Below the pieces are notes generated by a model. It was given only the letters and a program-made list of their open reading frames with translations, ran no database searches and had not been told where the DNA came from. A stretch of DNA of 64,000 nt, from assembly GCF_048261595.1 (NCBI RefSeq), contig NZ_JBLXFW010000007.1, forward strand, positions 6,180 through 70,179, written 5' to 3'. Within the stretch, counting starts at the first letter, position 1. The number at the start of each line of letters is the position of its first letter. The position numbers and the translations under genes were made by a program. The DNA comes from Roseibium sp. (lineage in GTDB: Bacteria; Pseudomonadota; Alphaproteobacteria; Rhizobiales; Stappiaceae). Below, piece by piece: positions 7,735-17,193 of this stretch.

Positions 7735-10700
7735 GTGCTGAAGCACATCAGGCATCACGTGAAGACATGTGTCTTCTCTCCGATTGCCGCGCTGCGCAAG
7801 GGACTGCGCCGCACGGCCGGGGTTTTGTGTGCCTCGATCGTCACTGCGTTCTTCGCCCTGCCTGTGACGGCACAACAGCTCGAACCGGTCGAGTTGAAAG
7901 TCATGCCTTCCGAGGGGTACGGCCGAATGGTGCTGACCTTCTCCGAACGGACGCTCTTGCCCTATTACGACGCAGTTGTGACCGGCGGGGTTCTGCGCAT
8001 CTCCTTCGAGGAACCGATCGACATCGCAGTCGATGACGTGCCGCTTGATCTTGGCGAGTATATCGCGATTGCCCGCCGCGACCCCGATGGCAGCGCAATC
8101 CGCTTCGCGCTGAAGAATCAGTTCAAGATCAATACGCTTGAGGCTGGTGAAAAGCTGTTCGTCGATATTTTGCCGCCCAACTGGCAAGGCCTGCCGCCGG
8201 GGCTACCTGACGATGTCGTGCGTGAACTTGCCAAGCGCGCCGAGGAGGCAATGCGCAAGGTGCGCGCCCTTGAACAGGCGCGCCTGAAGGCGAAGGAGGG
8301 GCCGTCGGTCGAGCTTCATATCGGCGAGCATCCGACCTTTACCCGACTGGTTTTCGATTGGTCGATCCGCTTCGATACCGCATTCGTCCGCGAAGACGAC
8401 ATCATCAAGGTCACGTTCAACCATCCTGCCCAGCTCGACATTTCGCATTTGCGTGCGCATCTGCCGCAGGGCGTGGTCGATGCCACGTCGTTCCTCGACA
8501 AGGGCAAGCTGAAGTTCCTGATGCGCATCGACCCGGACGTGGATATTCGGGCGTTCCGTGAAAACCAGACCTACGTCATCGACATCACGCCGGAGAACAA
8601 GGAACCGCTTGATTCTGCCAATGCGATGATCAACGAAGAGTTTGACACTGCGCGCGGAGACGCTCGGGAGGGCGTTATCATTGCGCCGGGTGTGCGCAAT
8701 CTCGATCCGCAGCCGGAAGCGGAGCCCGTGCCCGAGTCCGCACCTTCTCCCGATGAAAGCAACGTCCAGCCCGTTCCTGTCAGCCAGGCAGCACCCGGAG
8801 TTCCGGACGAGGCTGCGGCGTTTGGAATGGTCCCGTTCGACGGTAGTGTGCCAGCTGCCGCTCCTGCCGAGCCTGTAATGCAGCCGGATGCACCGGCAGC
8901 GAGCGATCAGGAGGCCGGAGCAAACCCTGCCGCGATTCCCACTGCCGCAACTCCCAGCGAGGAGGCGCAGCCGGAACAGGTGGCAGATGTGGCGCCGGAA
9001 ACGGCGGTCGTGACGCAAGCCGGTCCTGATGCCAATAGCGAGTTGCCGCGCGCCAAGCCCGGGGCGTCTGTCTCTGCAGAAGCCGTGGTGCCGGCAGACG
9101 AAGGTGTTGAAGCGGTTCCGGCCCCCGAAGTCATGGGCGGTGACGTGGCGAATAGCGATGGAAACGCCCAGGTTCTGACCTCCATGATCCCACCGGCCGA
9201 CCAAGTCATGCCGGAAAATGTCAACTTGCCGACCCCATCTGCCGAGGCCCCATCTGCCGAGGCCCCATCTGCTGAGGCCTCGTCCTCTCAGGCACCTTCC
9301 TCGCCTGAGACCGGTGAGCCCGCACCTCTCGCGCAAGAGGTTGCCCAGGCGATGCCTGCCGAATCCCCGGCTCCGATGGCTAAGCCTATAGATGCGGTAT
9401 CCGAACCGGCTCCTGTCGTGGTCGAACCACAGGGCACGAACACCGGAGGCTCCGTGCCGCCGCCGCTGACGCTCGGAAAGACCGACGGCGGCGAGGCTGG
9501 CTGGCGCGCGAATGGCGGTGCGCCTGCTCCGGAGATCGCCAATTCGCCGGAACAGCCGCCTGCCGACTTCGCGCAGGAGATCCGGAATTTCGTTTCGGCT
9601 GAGGCCCGGCGTATCGGCAAGACCGTGCGGATCGTGTTTCCTTTCCTTGAGCCGGTTTCCAGTGCCGTGTTCCGCCGCAACGACAGCATCTGGATGGTCT
9701 TCGATACCGATGCCACCATTGACACGCGCGGCATGGCATCGGCTCTGTCGGAGACCGCCGACACCATCGTGGTGGAGGAAATGGACGGTTACCAGGTCCT
9801 GCGGCTGGATCTGAACGACCCCGTGCTCGCGACTGTGGGCCTCGACGGAAACTCGTGGAGCCTTGTGATCGGCGACATGATCCTTGAGCCGTCGATCCCG
9901 CTGAAGCTGGAGCGCAACGTGCGCGGTGACGGCGGTTCGGTCCTGCGCGTTCTTTACAAGGATCCGCAGAATATCCGCGAGATAACCGACCCGTTCGTTG
10001 GGGACCGTATAGCGCTGGTAACCGGCTTCGGGCCGCCGCGCGGTCTTCTGAAGCAACAGAAATTCGTCGATCTGGAAGCGCTCAGTTCAGCGCAGGGTAT
10101 TGCCGTTGCCATGAAGTCCGACGGCGTGACTGTGAAGCTGCTCGGCGACGATGTGATCATCGAGAAGATCGGCGGACTGGCACTGTCGAACCGGCACCTG
10201 CGTGGCGGCACCGGGGCCTTCAACTCCATCGTTGACCCCAATGAGCCGGGGTACGTGGAGTTCGTCTCGCTTGCGACGGAAGGGCCAAGCAGCTATCGCG
10301 AGCGGCTGCACAAGCTTCAGGACGCTCTCAGCCGAGCGCCCGAGGGGCGGCGGCGCAAACAGCTGATGGACCTTGCCCGTTTCTATCTCGCCCATCAGTT
10401 CGCCCAGGAAGCCATGGGCCTGATGACGCTTGCGGTCGAGGAAGACCCGGCCATCGCGACCGACAGCTCCTACAACCTGATGATGGGCGCGGCGAAGACC
10501 CTCGCAAATCGCCCGGATGAGGCCTTCGATCACCTCAATATCCCGGAACTCAAGAGCAGTCCTGATGCCGCCGTCTGGCATACGATCGTCGATGTGTCGC
10601 TTGGCAACTGGACGGCAGCGCGCATAGCGATGCCCCGCGGCCGGGCGGTGGTCGGAAACTATCCGAAGTCGATCCAGACCGAATTCAATCTCGCGGCGGC

Positions 10701-11994
10701 ACAGGCGATGGTCGAGGCGAATGACTTCGGCGTCGCCAACAGCATTCTGTCCGAGATTGAGCCGAGTGAAATTTCCGCCTCGCAGGCGGCCCGCTACGAT
10801 ATCTTGCGTGGCCGCGTGGCCGACGCGTCCGGCCGCTCTCAGGAAGCCCTGACCGCCTTCGATCTGGTCGCCAAGTCCGGTGACCGTCCGCGGGCCGCGG
10901 AGGCCGAGTACCGTAGCCTTCGCATCCGCTACCGTGACGGTGATCTTAGCACCGAGGAAACCATCGACAAGCTTTCGGGGCTTGCAACCTCCTGGCGCGG
11001 TGACGAGATCGAACTGAAGACACTCAGGTTCCTTGCGCAGCTCCATGCAGAGTCTGGTGGATACCGGGAAGCCTTCGAGGCGATGAAGTCTGCCGTTCAG
11101 GCCAATCCGGAAGCAGATACGACCCGATTGCTGCAAGAGGAAATGAACGCCCTGTTCGCGTCCCTTTTCCTCGATGGCAAGGCCGACGAACTGCCGCCGG
11201 TCCGTGCTCTGTCGCTCTACTATGATTTCCGAGAGCTGACGCCAATCGGCCGCCGTGGCGACGAAATGGTACGCGGGCTTGCCCAGCGACTGGTCGAAGT
11301 GGATCTACTCGATCAGGCGGCCGAGCTGTTGCGGCACCAGGTCGACAACAGGTTGAAAGGCGCGGCTCGTGCACAGATCGCAGCAGATCTTGGTGCCATC
11401 TATCTTATCGACCGAAAGCCTGAGGAAGCGTTGCGGGTTCTGAACCTGACGCGCCAGGCCAGCCTGCCGTCGACGCTCGAACGTCAGCGCAACATCGTCG
11501 AGGCCCGTGCCCTGACTGCCAGCGGACGTCCTGACCTTGCGCTGGAACTCGTGCGCAACATGCGTGGCAGCGACGTGGATCGCCTGCGTGCCGATACCTT
11601 CTGGGCTGCGCAGAGCTGGCGTGAGGCAGGGGAACAGCTTGAAGCCATGCATGGTTCACGCTGGTCGGACAACATTCCGCTCGATCCGCTTGAGCGCAGG
11701 GATATCCTGCGCGCCGGAATCGCCTATTCGCTTGCTGGTGACCAACTGAGCCTGAACCGCTTGCAGACCAAATATACGCCGAAGATGACCGATAGTCCGG
11801 AATCGCTCGCCTTTGAGGTGGTGACCCGGCCAATCGAGGCGCAGGGTGTCGAGTTCCTTGAAGTTGCGAACCGTCTTGCGAATACGGATGAACTCGAGAC
11901 CTTCATGGACGAGTATCGCCGCCAGTACATGACCCCGCGCGACACGCCGGGACAGGCGGCCAACGAGCAGGATGGAACAGTCGAGAACGGCTGA
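7735..11994 (+). CDS. Very large exported TPR-repeat protein of the flagellar cluster
   Basis: Signal peptide-like FALPVTAQQ, beta-rich N-terminal domains, a long Pro/Ala/Glu linker, then helical TPR-like repeats. Exact start uncertain. Confidence 0.75.
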   Translation: MLKHIRHHVKTCVFSPIAALRKGLRRTAGVLCASIVTAFFALPVTAQQLEPVELKVMPSEGYGRMVLTFSERTLLPYYDAVVTGGVLRISFEEPIDIAVDDVPLDLGEYIAIARRDPDGSAIRFALKNQFKINTLEAGEKLFVDILPPNWQGLPPGLPDDVVRELAKRAEEAMRKVRALEQARLKAKEGPSVELHIGEHPTFTRLVFDWSIRFDTAFVREDDIIKVTFNHPAQLDISHLRAHLPQGVVDATSFLDKGKLKFLMRIDPDVDIRAFRENQTYVIDITPENKEPLDSANAMINEEFDTARGDAREGVIIAPGVRNLDPQPEAEPVPESAPSPDESNVQPVPVSQAAPGVPDEAAAFGMVPFDGSVPAAAPAEPVMQPDAPAASDQEAGANPAAIPTAATPSEEAQPEQVADVAPETAVVTQAGPDANSELPRAKPGASVSAEAVVPADEGVEAVPAPEVMGGDVANSDGNAQVLTSMIPPADQVMPENVNLPTPSAEAPSAEAPSAEASSSQAPSSPETGEPAPLAQEVAQAMPAESPAPMAKPIDAVSEPAPVVVEPQGTNTGGSVPPPLTLGKTDGGEAGWRANGGAPAPEIANSPEQPPADFAQEIRNFVSAEARRIGKTVRIVFPFLEPVSSAVFRRNDSIWMVFDTDATIDTRGMASALSETADTIVVEEMDGYQVLRLDLNDPVLATVGLDGNSWSLVIGDMILEPSIPLKLERNVRGDGGSVLRVLYKDPQNIREITDPFVGDRIALVTGFGPPRGLLKQQKFVDLEALSSAQGIAVAMKSDGVTVKLLGDDVIIEKIGGLALSNRHLRGGTGAFNSIVDPNEPGYVEFVSLATEGPSSYRERLHKLQDALSRAPEGRRRKQLMDLARFYLAHQFAQEAMGLMTLAVEEDPAIATDSSYNLMMGAAKTLANRPDEAFDHLNIPELKSSPDAAVWHTIVDVSLGNWTAARIAMPRGRAVVGNYPKSIQTEFNLAAAQAMVEANDFGVANSILSEIEPSEISASQAARYDILRGRVADASGRSQEALTAFDLVAKSGDRPRAAEAEYRSLRIRYRDGDLSTEETIDKLSGLATSWRGDEIELKTLRFLAQLHAESGGYREAFEAMKSAVQANPEADTTRLLQEEMNALFASLFLDGKADELPPVRALSLYYDFRELTPIGRRGDEMVRGLAQRLVEVDLLDQAAELLRHQVDNRLKGAARAQIAADLGAIYLIDRKPEEALRVLNLTRQASLPSTLERQRNIVEARALTASGRPDLALELVRNMRGSDVDRLRADTFWAAQSWREAGEQLEAMHGSRWSDNIPLDPLERRDILRAGIAYSLAGDQLSLNRLQTKYTPKMTDSPESLAFEVVTRPIEAQGVEFLEVANRLANTDELETFMDEYRRQYMTPRDTPGQAANEQDGTVENG
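9233..9277 (+). repeat. In-frame 15-bp tandem repeat x3 (PSAEA units)
   Basis: CCCCATCTGCCGAGG twice plus CCCCATCTGCTGAGG. Confidence 0.95.
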
Positions 11995-12117
11995 TAGAAG
12001 CCCTGCTCGTACGAAAGCACCTGCTTTTTCGGTTCTCTGGATTGTCCTGGTCGATGGCCCTCGGCATGAGGCCGGTTGCCATCTGTCACGAAGGCATCGG
12101 CCTGACGGCCAGCTGCC

Positions 12118-13215
12118 TCAGACGGGGACCTTTTCGGGCATAGGGGCCATGCGCCGATACTTCAGCAATTCCGTCTTGTAGCGCATGACGAGGTTATGAA
12201 TGTTGCGGGTGCTGCGATCGAGCCAGGCACAGCGCGCTTTCAGGAAATCCCGATATGTGGCGTCGCTTATGCCGGTTCTGAGCATCAGCATCATGACGGC
12301 AGCGTCGGAATCCGACTTGAACGTGTCCAGCACCACTTCGCTTTCAAGGTTCACCTTGCGCGCGATCAGCCAGACAGCAGCATCGACCCGATCCTGCTCG
12401 AAGAGTGTTAGCAGCATGGAATCGAAGGACAGTTCGCCGCTCGCGATGTGAACGCTGGCTTCGTGCCGCGAGTAGACATGGCCGTCGATGACGATTTCGT
12501 CTCCGTCAGTCCGGCTGTTGATTGTCGATGCCAGGCTTTCGAGTTCGCCGTTTTCGTAAGCTCGCTTGAGAGGCGCTGGCACGAGGGGGCAGTCGTTGCC
12601 GATGACGAAACCGAGCGTTTCATGGAAATCCTCGTCGTCGAGCGCCCGTTTGGCGAGGCCGCCCAGAACCTCTGCTTCGCTGTTGGCGAAAATGAGAAGG
12701 GCCAATACGGCACGAACGGAAATTGTTGCCTTCGTGTTGGCCAGAAGCGTGTGCACGACGTTGCGCGGGCTGCGGGCAATCAGGGTGTCGATCATCTGCT
12801 CAGACAGGTCCGGCCGTTTTGCAACAGTCGCCTTGTGCCTGGCAGAGCCGCTTCGGGACAGCAAAAGAAGAGCTTCCTGACTCACCATGGGCGAAGTCTC
12901 GATTACAGGTTCCGAAAGCTCAAATTCTTCCTGTGCCAGCCGGTCCGCGAGTTCTGACGTGATGCGGTCGGTCCTTGCGAGCCTGACGACGAGTTCATAA
13001 CGTGCGCCACGGTCCAGTTGTTCGAACACGGTGAGCACGATCTTGCAGAACAGTTCTTTTTCAACCGGCGTCGGCTCGTGGTCTTCGGACTTGGCGTATT
13101 CAGCCACAAGCGCGCGAATGAGCCGAGAGCGAGCTTCAGGCTCCCTGATCTTGGCCAGTTCCTCAAGACTATCGCGCAGCAATTTGATTTCCCCGACTAC
13201 CTGCTGCATCCGCAA
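12118..13215 (-). CDS. DUF2336 domain-containing protein
   Basis: LVVRLAR...LAQEEFELSEPVIETSPMV...VAKRPDLS...LLANTKATIS pattern typical of DUF2336. Confidence 0.75.
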   Translation of the reverse strand: MRMQQVVGEIKLLRDSLEELAKIREPEARSRLIRALVAEYAKSEDHEPTPVEKELFCKIVLTVFEQLDRGARYELVVRLARTDRITSELADRLAQEEFELSEPVIETSPMVSQEALLLLSRSGSARHKATVAKRPDLSEQMIDTLIARSPRNVVHTLLANTKATISVRAVLALLIFANSEAEVLGGLAKRALDDEDFHETLGFVIGNDCPLVPAPLKRAYENGELESLASTINSRTDGDEIVIDGHVYSRHEASVHIASGELSFDSMLLTLFEQDRVDAAVWLIARKVNLESEVVLDTFKSDSDAAVMMLMLRTGISDATYRDFLKARCAWLDRSTRNIHNLVMRYKTELLKYRRMAPMPEKVPV

Positions 13216-13352
13216 GGTGCAGCTGCAGGGTTCTTTGTATACGCAATCGAATTAATTTTTGCCGACTTTTCGCAAAATTCGTCGTTATTTTTTCCGGTGC
13301 CGTATGGGCAACCCTGCGCTCCCGCGAGGCGCAACCGCAGGGCATACGTACG

Positions 13353-14150
13353 TCAGCCGCCCCCGAAGCTTTTGACCAGGCTGCCGGCAACCATGTTCCA
13401 GCCATCCACGAGCACGAAGAAAATCAGCTTGAATGGCAGCGAAATCACCACCGGCGGCAACATCATCATACCCATGGACATGAGGACGGAGGCGATAACC
13501 AGGTCGATGATCAGGAAGGGAAGGTACAAGAGAAAGCCGATTTCGAAGGCGCGCCGCAGCTCACTGATCATGAACGCTGGAACCAGCGTGCTCAGAGACA
13601 GGTCGTCCGGCGTTTCGGGTGCCTCGCGTCCGGAGAGCTCCTGGAACAGCGCCAGATCCTTCTCCCTGACCTGGGACAGCATGAAGGTGCGGAACGGATC
13701 GGATGCCCGCTCGAATGCCTGCGTGACCTCAATGTCACCATTGACGAGGGGCTGGACACCTTCATTGTAGGCGGTCTGTATCGTCGGGGCCATGATGAAG
13801 GCGCTCAGGAACAGCGCAAGGCTTATCATCACGGTATTAGGCGGGGCCGTCTGCAAGCCGATCGCGGACCGAAGCAGGGAAAGCACCACCACGATGCGGG
13901 TAAAGCTCGTCACCATCACAAGGATGGATGGGGCGAGTGAGAGAACGGTCAGCAGGGCAACAAGCTGGACTGCCCGTTCGGTGATAGTGGCATCTTCGCC
14001 AAAGCCAAGCGAGATCTCCTGCGCCATCGCAGGCGAGGCGATCAGGGCGAGCGCAGCAGCAACGGCACATAGCCTCGCGGCAGCTCTCGCGCCTCCGGTA
14101 AACCCGATGCGGTTCAGCGGCCGTGCGTGGCCGCCGATGGACAGTGTCAT
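13353..14150 (-). CDS. fliP: Flagellar export protein FliP
   Basis: LTVLSLAPSILVMVTSFTRIVVV, PAFMISELRRAFEIGF, LPFKLIFFVLVDGW. Confidence 0.97.
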   Translation of the reverse strand: MTLSIGGHARPLNRIGFTGGARAAARLCAVAAALALIASPAMAQEISLGFGEDATITERAVQLVALLTVLSLAPSILVMVTSFTRIVVVLSLLRSAIGLQTAPPNTVMISLALFLSAFIMAPTIQTAYNEGVQPLVNGDIEVTQAFERASDPFRTFMLSQVREKDLALFQELSGREAPETPDDLSLSTLVPAFMISELRRAFEIGFLLYLPFLIIDLVIASVLMSMGMMMLPPVVISLPFKLIFFVLVDGWNMVAGSLVKSFGGG

Positions 14151-15541
14151 TGTTTTTGTGGTCCGTGTATTTCGTCGAGAAGCTTGGCCATCTCGTCTTC
14201 GATGGGGTTGGGCAGTTCGTTGACGCCGTCTTTTGTTTGCTTTTTCACTTCCGCGGCATCGGCATCGCCGACTTTTTCAGGCACCACGTCGAGGTGAGCG
14301 CCTGTTCCTTCTTGGGCACTGGAGCTGGGGGGCGTCGTGGCTTTGTCGCTTGATGCCTCATCTGCCTCAGGCTTGCCGGGCGCAGCTGATGGAGCGGCTG
14401 TCTCGGGCGATACATTGCCAGCGACCGAAGCTGTCTCTTTCGTCAGGTCAGCAGTCTGAGCCGCTGCCGGAACTGGCACAGTGGCGTCCAGGTCTTGCCT
14501 GGGCTCCTGCTTCGGTTCCGGCTTCACGGTGGGAGCGGCGGAGGTTGCTACGGGGGCGGTCGCGCTGCCGTTTGCCGATCGTTGAACGGCAGTAAGGGCA
14601 CGGGCGGCCGGGCCGGAGGACGGCGGAGACACCTGATGCGATGACAACGCGTTGGGGCGCGCCGCGGCGAGGTAGGACGAAAGCGTTGCCGGTTGCCCTG
14701 AGGTGCGGGTTTGGGCGTCAGGCCTTGCGGTGGAGTCGATACTCACCGAGGGTGCCCGGGATTGAGTAACACCCGCTCCGGTCTGCGGCCGTTCCGCCTG
14801 ACGGGGTGGCTGCGGACCTGCCGGGAGTCCCCTTGCCATTTGGGCCTGCTGCGAGGGCGCCGAGGCTTGCGGGCGAGCGGCCTGTCCCCCGTTCGCCGGA
14901 TCGCTGCGGCCTGAAACGGAGGATGAGGGACTGTCGGTTTTGGTCAGGGACGGAGGTGTAATGCGGCCAGAGGCGGCCGCCTGCAGAAGGGACCGCGCCG
15001 GATTGAGGCTTGATCGCGGTTGCGCATTGTCGCTGCTGACCTGTTTCGGCGCCTGCGCGGCAGGTTCAACCGGGCTCGGGGGAGCGGGAGTGGCCGCAAC
15101 AGGGGCCGGCATCACCGGAGCAGGTCGCGGAGCCTGCTCGGCAGAAACCGCCATCGGTTCGGCAATAGTTTCCGCCTGAGGCGGAACTGTGTAGCCCGAT
15201 GGGGCGATCTGGCTACGGCCATTGGTCGACCCGAGCGGCGCGCTCTTGATGATGTTCTGCTCGATGACGATGTCGGTAGGGCCGCCGATCAGAATGAGGT
15301 GTTCGACATTGTCGCGACGGATCAGGAGAAGGCGTCGGCGCGCATCTACATTTGTGGCGTCCATGACGGTGATACGCGGCTGCCGGCTCCGGCCCGAGGA
15401 AAGTCGGGTTCCTGTCAGCCGCTTCAGGATCATGGTGAAAAGTGCGATGAGAATCAGAACGATACCCAGAGCGATGGCAAAGGCGAGACCCCGGGCGATG
15501 CCGTCTCCAATGCCAAATGTCTCTGCAATCCAAGTGTACAT
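14147..15541 (-). CDS. fliO: FliO/FliZ-family protein with a long low-complexity C-terminus
   Basis: TM helix followed by VDARRRLLLIRRDNVEHLILIGGPTDIVIE; ATGA overlap with fliP; RBS GAGG before ATG 15541. Confidence 0.85.
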   Translation of the reverse strand: MYTWIAETFGIGDGIARGLAFAIALGIVLILIALFTMILKRLTGTRLSSGRSRQPRITVMDATNVDARRRLLLIRRDNVEHLILIGGPTDIVIEQNIIKSAPLGSTNGRSQIAPSGYTVPPQAETIAEPMAVSAEQAPRPAPVMPAPVAATPAPPSPVEPAAQAPKQVSSDNAQPRSSLNPARSLLQAAASGRITPPSLTKTDSPSSSVSGRSDPANGGQAARPQASAPSQQAQMARGLPAGPQPPRQAERPQTGAGVTQSRAPSVSIDSTARPDAQTRTSGQPATLSSYLAAARPNALSSHQVSPPSSGPAARALTAVQRSANGSATAPVATSAAPTVKPEPKQEPRQDLDATVPVPAAAQTADLTKETASVAGNVSPETAAPSAAPGKPEADEASSDKATTPPSSSAQEGTGAHLDVVPEKVGDADAAEVKKQTKDGVNELPNPIEDEMAKLLDEIHGPQKQ

Positions 15542-15874
15542 GCCTACCTCATAAAGTCCCGCACAGGTCGCGCATACGGGGTGCGCTCTGCCTGTGTGGC
15601 GGCGCACCTTCTTCATCGATGCTTTTGGGCTGCATGACTGCCGCACCGCTGACGGAATCATGTGCCATTTGTTAGGTGCCAGCGTAGGACGCTTGGCTTC
15701 GAGCCAACCTTCGCACTGACCTTCGTGGGACCAGACGAATCCTCAACTGAGGCAAAGTTAACAGAACTGGGCAAATTCTGCCTGCTTCAGGCGAAGGAAA
15801 TCTTGGAAATTGCATTTTGCAATCGGGTCATCCACCGAATTCGTCAGGCAAAACCTGATAGTCCTTGTGGGGCG

Positions 15875-15890
15875 TTAACCATTCGTTAAC
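15875..15890 (+). promoter_or_regulatory. CtrA box in the fliO/flgB divergent region
   Basis: Perfect TTAA-CCATTCG-TTAAC. Confidence 0.85.
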
Positions 15891-15899
15891 CTTTGGGTC

Positions 15900-15912
15900 G
15901 GCAATGTTTGCC
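15900..15912. promoter_or_regulatory. ftr-like inverted repeat
   Basis: GGCAA-TGT-TTGCC, same geometry as 4455-4467. Confidence 0.45.
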
Positions 15913-15919
15913 TAGAACG

Positions 15920-15934
15920 TTAACGAATGGTGAA
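15920..15934 (-). promoter_or_regulatory. Second, inverted CtrA box
   Basis: TTAA-CGAATGG-TGAA; the reverse complement reads TTCA-CCATTCG-TTAA. Confidence 0.6.
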
Positions 15935-15938
15935 TCGG

Positions 15939-16343
15939 ATGGCGCTGACCAATCTACCCGTCTTTCAGGCCTTGAAGTCAAAAATGCAGTGGCATCAGGT
16001 CCGGCAGCGGGTTCTTGCGGAAAATATCGCCAATGCGGATACCCCTCGTTACCAGGCCAAGGAACTGAAAGACTATAAGTTTTCCGATCGCATCGGTCGG
16101 TCCAGCGCTGGTGTGCAAACGACGGTGACGAAGAGCGGACACATATCCGGCACGCTTTCTGCAGCTTCGGATGCGAAGGCGGAAAAGAGGGACATGTTCG
16201 AAGTCACGCCGAGCGGCAACAACGTGGTGCTTGAAGAGCAGATGATGAAGGTCACGGAGAACCAGATGGATTTCCAGGCGGCCACGTCGATCTACTCGAA
16301 GAGCCTCGGCCTGATCCGGACAGCCCTGTCGAAGACTGCCTGA
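15939..16343 (+). CDS. flgB: Flagellar rod protein FlgB
   Basis: RQRVLAENIANADTPRY, PSGNNVVLEEQMMK. Confidence 0.95.
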   Translation: MALTNLPVFQALKSKMQWHQVRQRVLAENIANADTPRYQAKELKDYKFSDRIGRSSAGVQTTVTKSGHISGTLSAASDAKAEKRDMFEVTPSGNNVVLEEQMMKVTENQMDFQAATSIYSKSLGLIRTALSKTA

Positions 16344-16385
16344 ACGAGAAATTGACGGCAGCGGCGACGCGGCAGGAGAAATGAA

Positions 16386-16796
16386 ATGGATCTGATCAAG
16401 TCATTGTTCGTATCGGCGACGGGCCTCAAGGCCCAGAACGGCCGCATGCGGGTGATCGCGGAAAACATCGCCAATGCGGACTCCACCGGTCGAACGCCGG
16501 GCGAGGACCCGTATCGTCGCAAGATTCCGACCTTCAAGAGCCACTTCGACAAGGAGATCGGTGCGCAGGTCGTGGAATTGGGGCGCCTGGCGGAAGACAA
16601 GGCGCCTTTCGAAACGCGGTACGAGCCGGGTCACCCGGCGGCGGATGCCGATGGCTACGTCAAGACACCGAACGTCAATACGCTGATCGAGACGGTCGAC
16701 ATGCGCGAGGCGCAGCGGTCCTACGAAGCCAACCTCAACGTGATCGAGGCAACGCGCCGGATGGTGCAGCGAACGATCGACATTCTGCGGGCCTGA
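16386..16796 (+). CDS. flgC: Flagellar rod protein FlgC
   Basis: RMRVIAENIANADST, YEPGHPAAD..GYV..PNVN, RSYEANL. Confidence 0.97.
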   Translation: MDLIKSLFVSATGLKAQNGRMRVIAENIANADSTGRTPGEDPYRRKIPTFKSHFDKEIGAQVVELGRLAEDKAPFETRYEPGHPAADADGYVKTPNVNTLIETVDMREAQRSYEANLNVIEATRRMVQRTIDILRA

Positions 16797-16857
16797 CGGG
16801 CTCACGGAACACGCTGAAAACTAGTCACAGAACCAGACATCCAGAGGCGACAAGGTC

Positions 16858-17172
16858 ATGTCCACTTATTCGGTTGCGAACAACGCCTATCAGACGGCCG
16901 CTCGCCTCGCACGACAGGCATCTACGCCTGACGAGCTTCCGTCCGGGCGAGAAAATGTCGACTTTGGGAAACTGGTCCAGGAATCAGTGGAAAGCGTCGT
17001 CGACAAGGGGCGTGACATGGACGCGAAGTCGATCGGCCTTATAGAGGGACGGACGGACGTCGTTGATGTCGTGACGGCGATTGCCGAAACGGAAATGGCT
17101 CTGGAAACCATGGTCACAGTTCGTGACCGGGTGATCTCCGCATATGAGGAGATCATGAGAATGCCGATCTGA
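16858..17172 (+). CDS. fliE: Flagellar hook-basal body protein FliE
   Basis: DVVTAIAETEMALETMVTVRDRVISAYEEIMRMPI. Confidence 0.92.
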   Translation: MSTYSVANNAYQTAARLARQASTPDELPSGRENVDFGKLVQESVESVVDKGRDMDAKSIGLIEGRTDVVDVVTAIAETEMALETMVTVRDRVISAYEEIMRMPI

Positions 17173-17193
17173 TCCTGGAGGCCGGAGCTTGCG

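Noticed and set aside
8203-10056. 617-aa antisense ORF within the TPR gene
   Set aside because: A shadow ORF produced by codon bias on the opposite strand of a well-supported gene; no motifs.
13235-13245. TTGTATACGCA shared with the monomeric icd upstream region (58096-58106, opposite strand) as a common regulator site
   Set aside because: Short AT-rich matches that overlap probable -10 elements of functionally unrelated genes; chance cannot be excluded.
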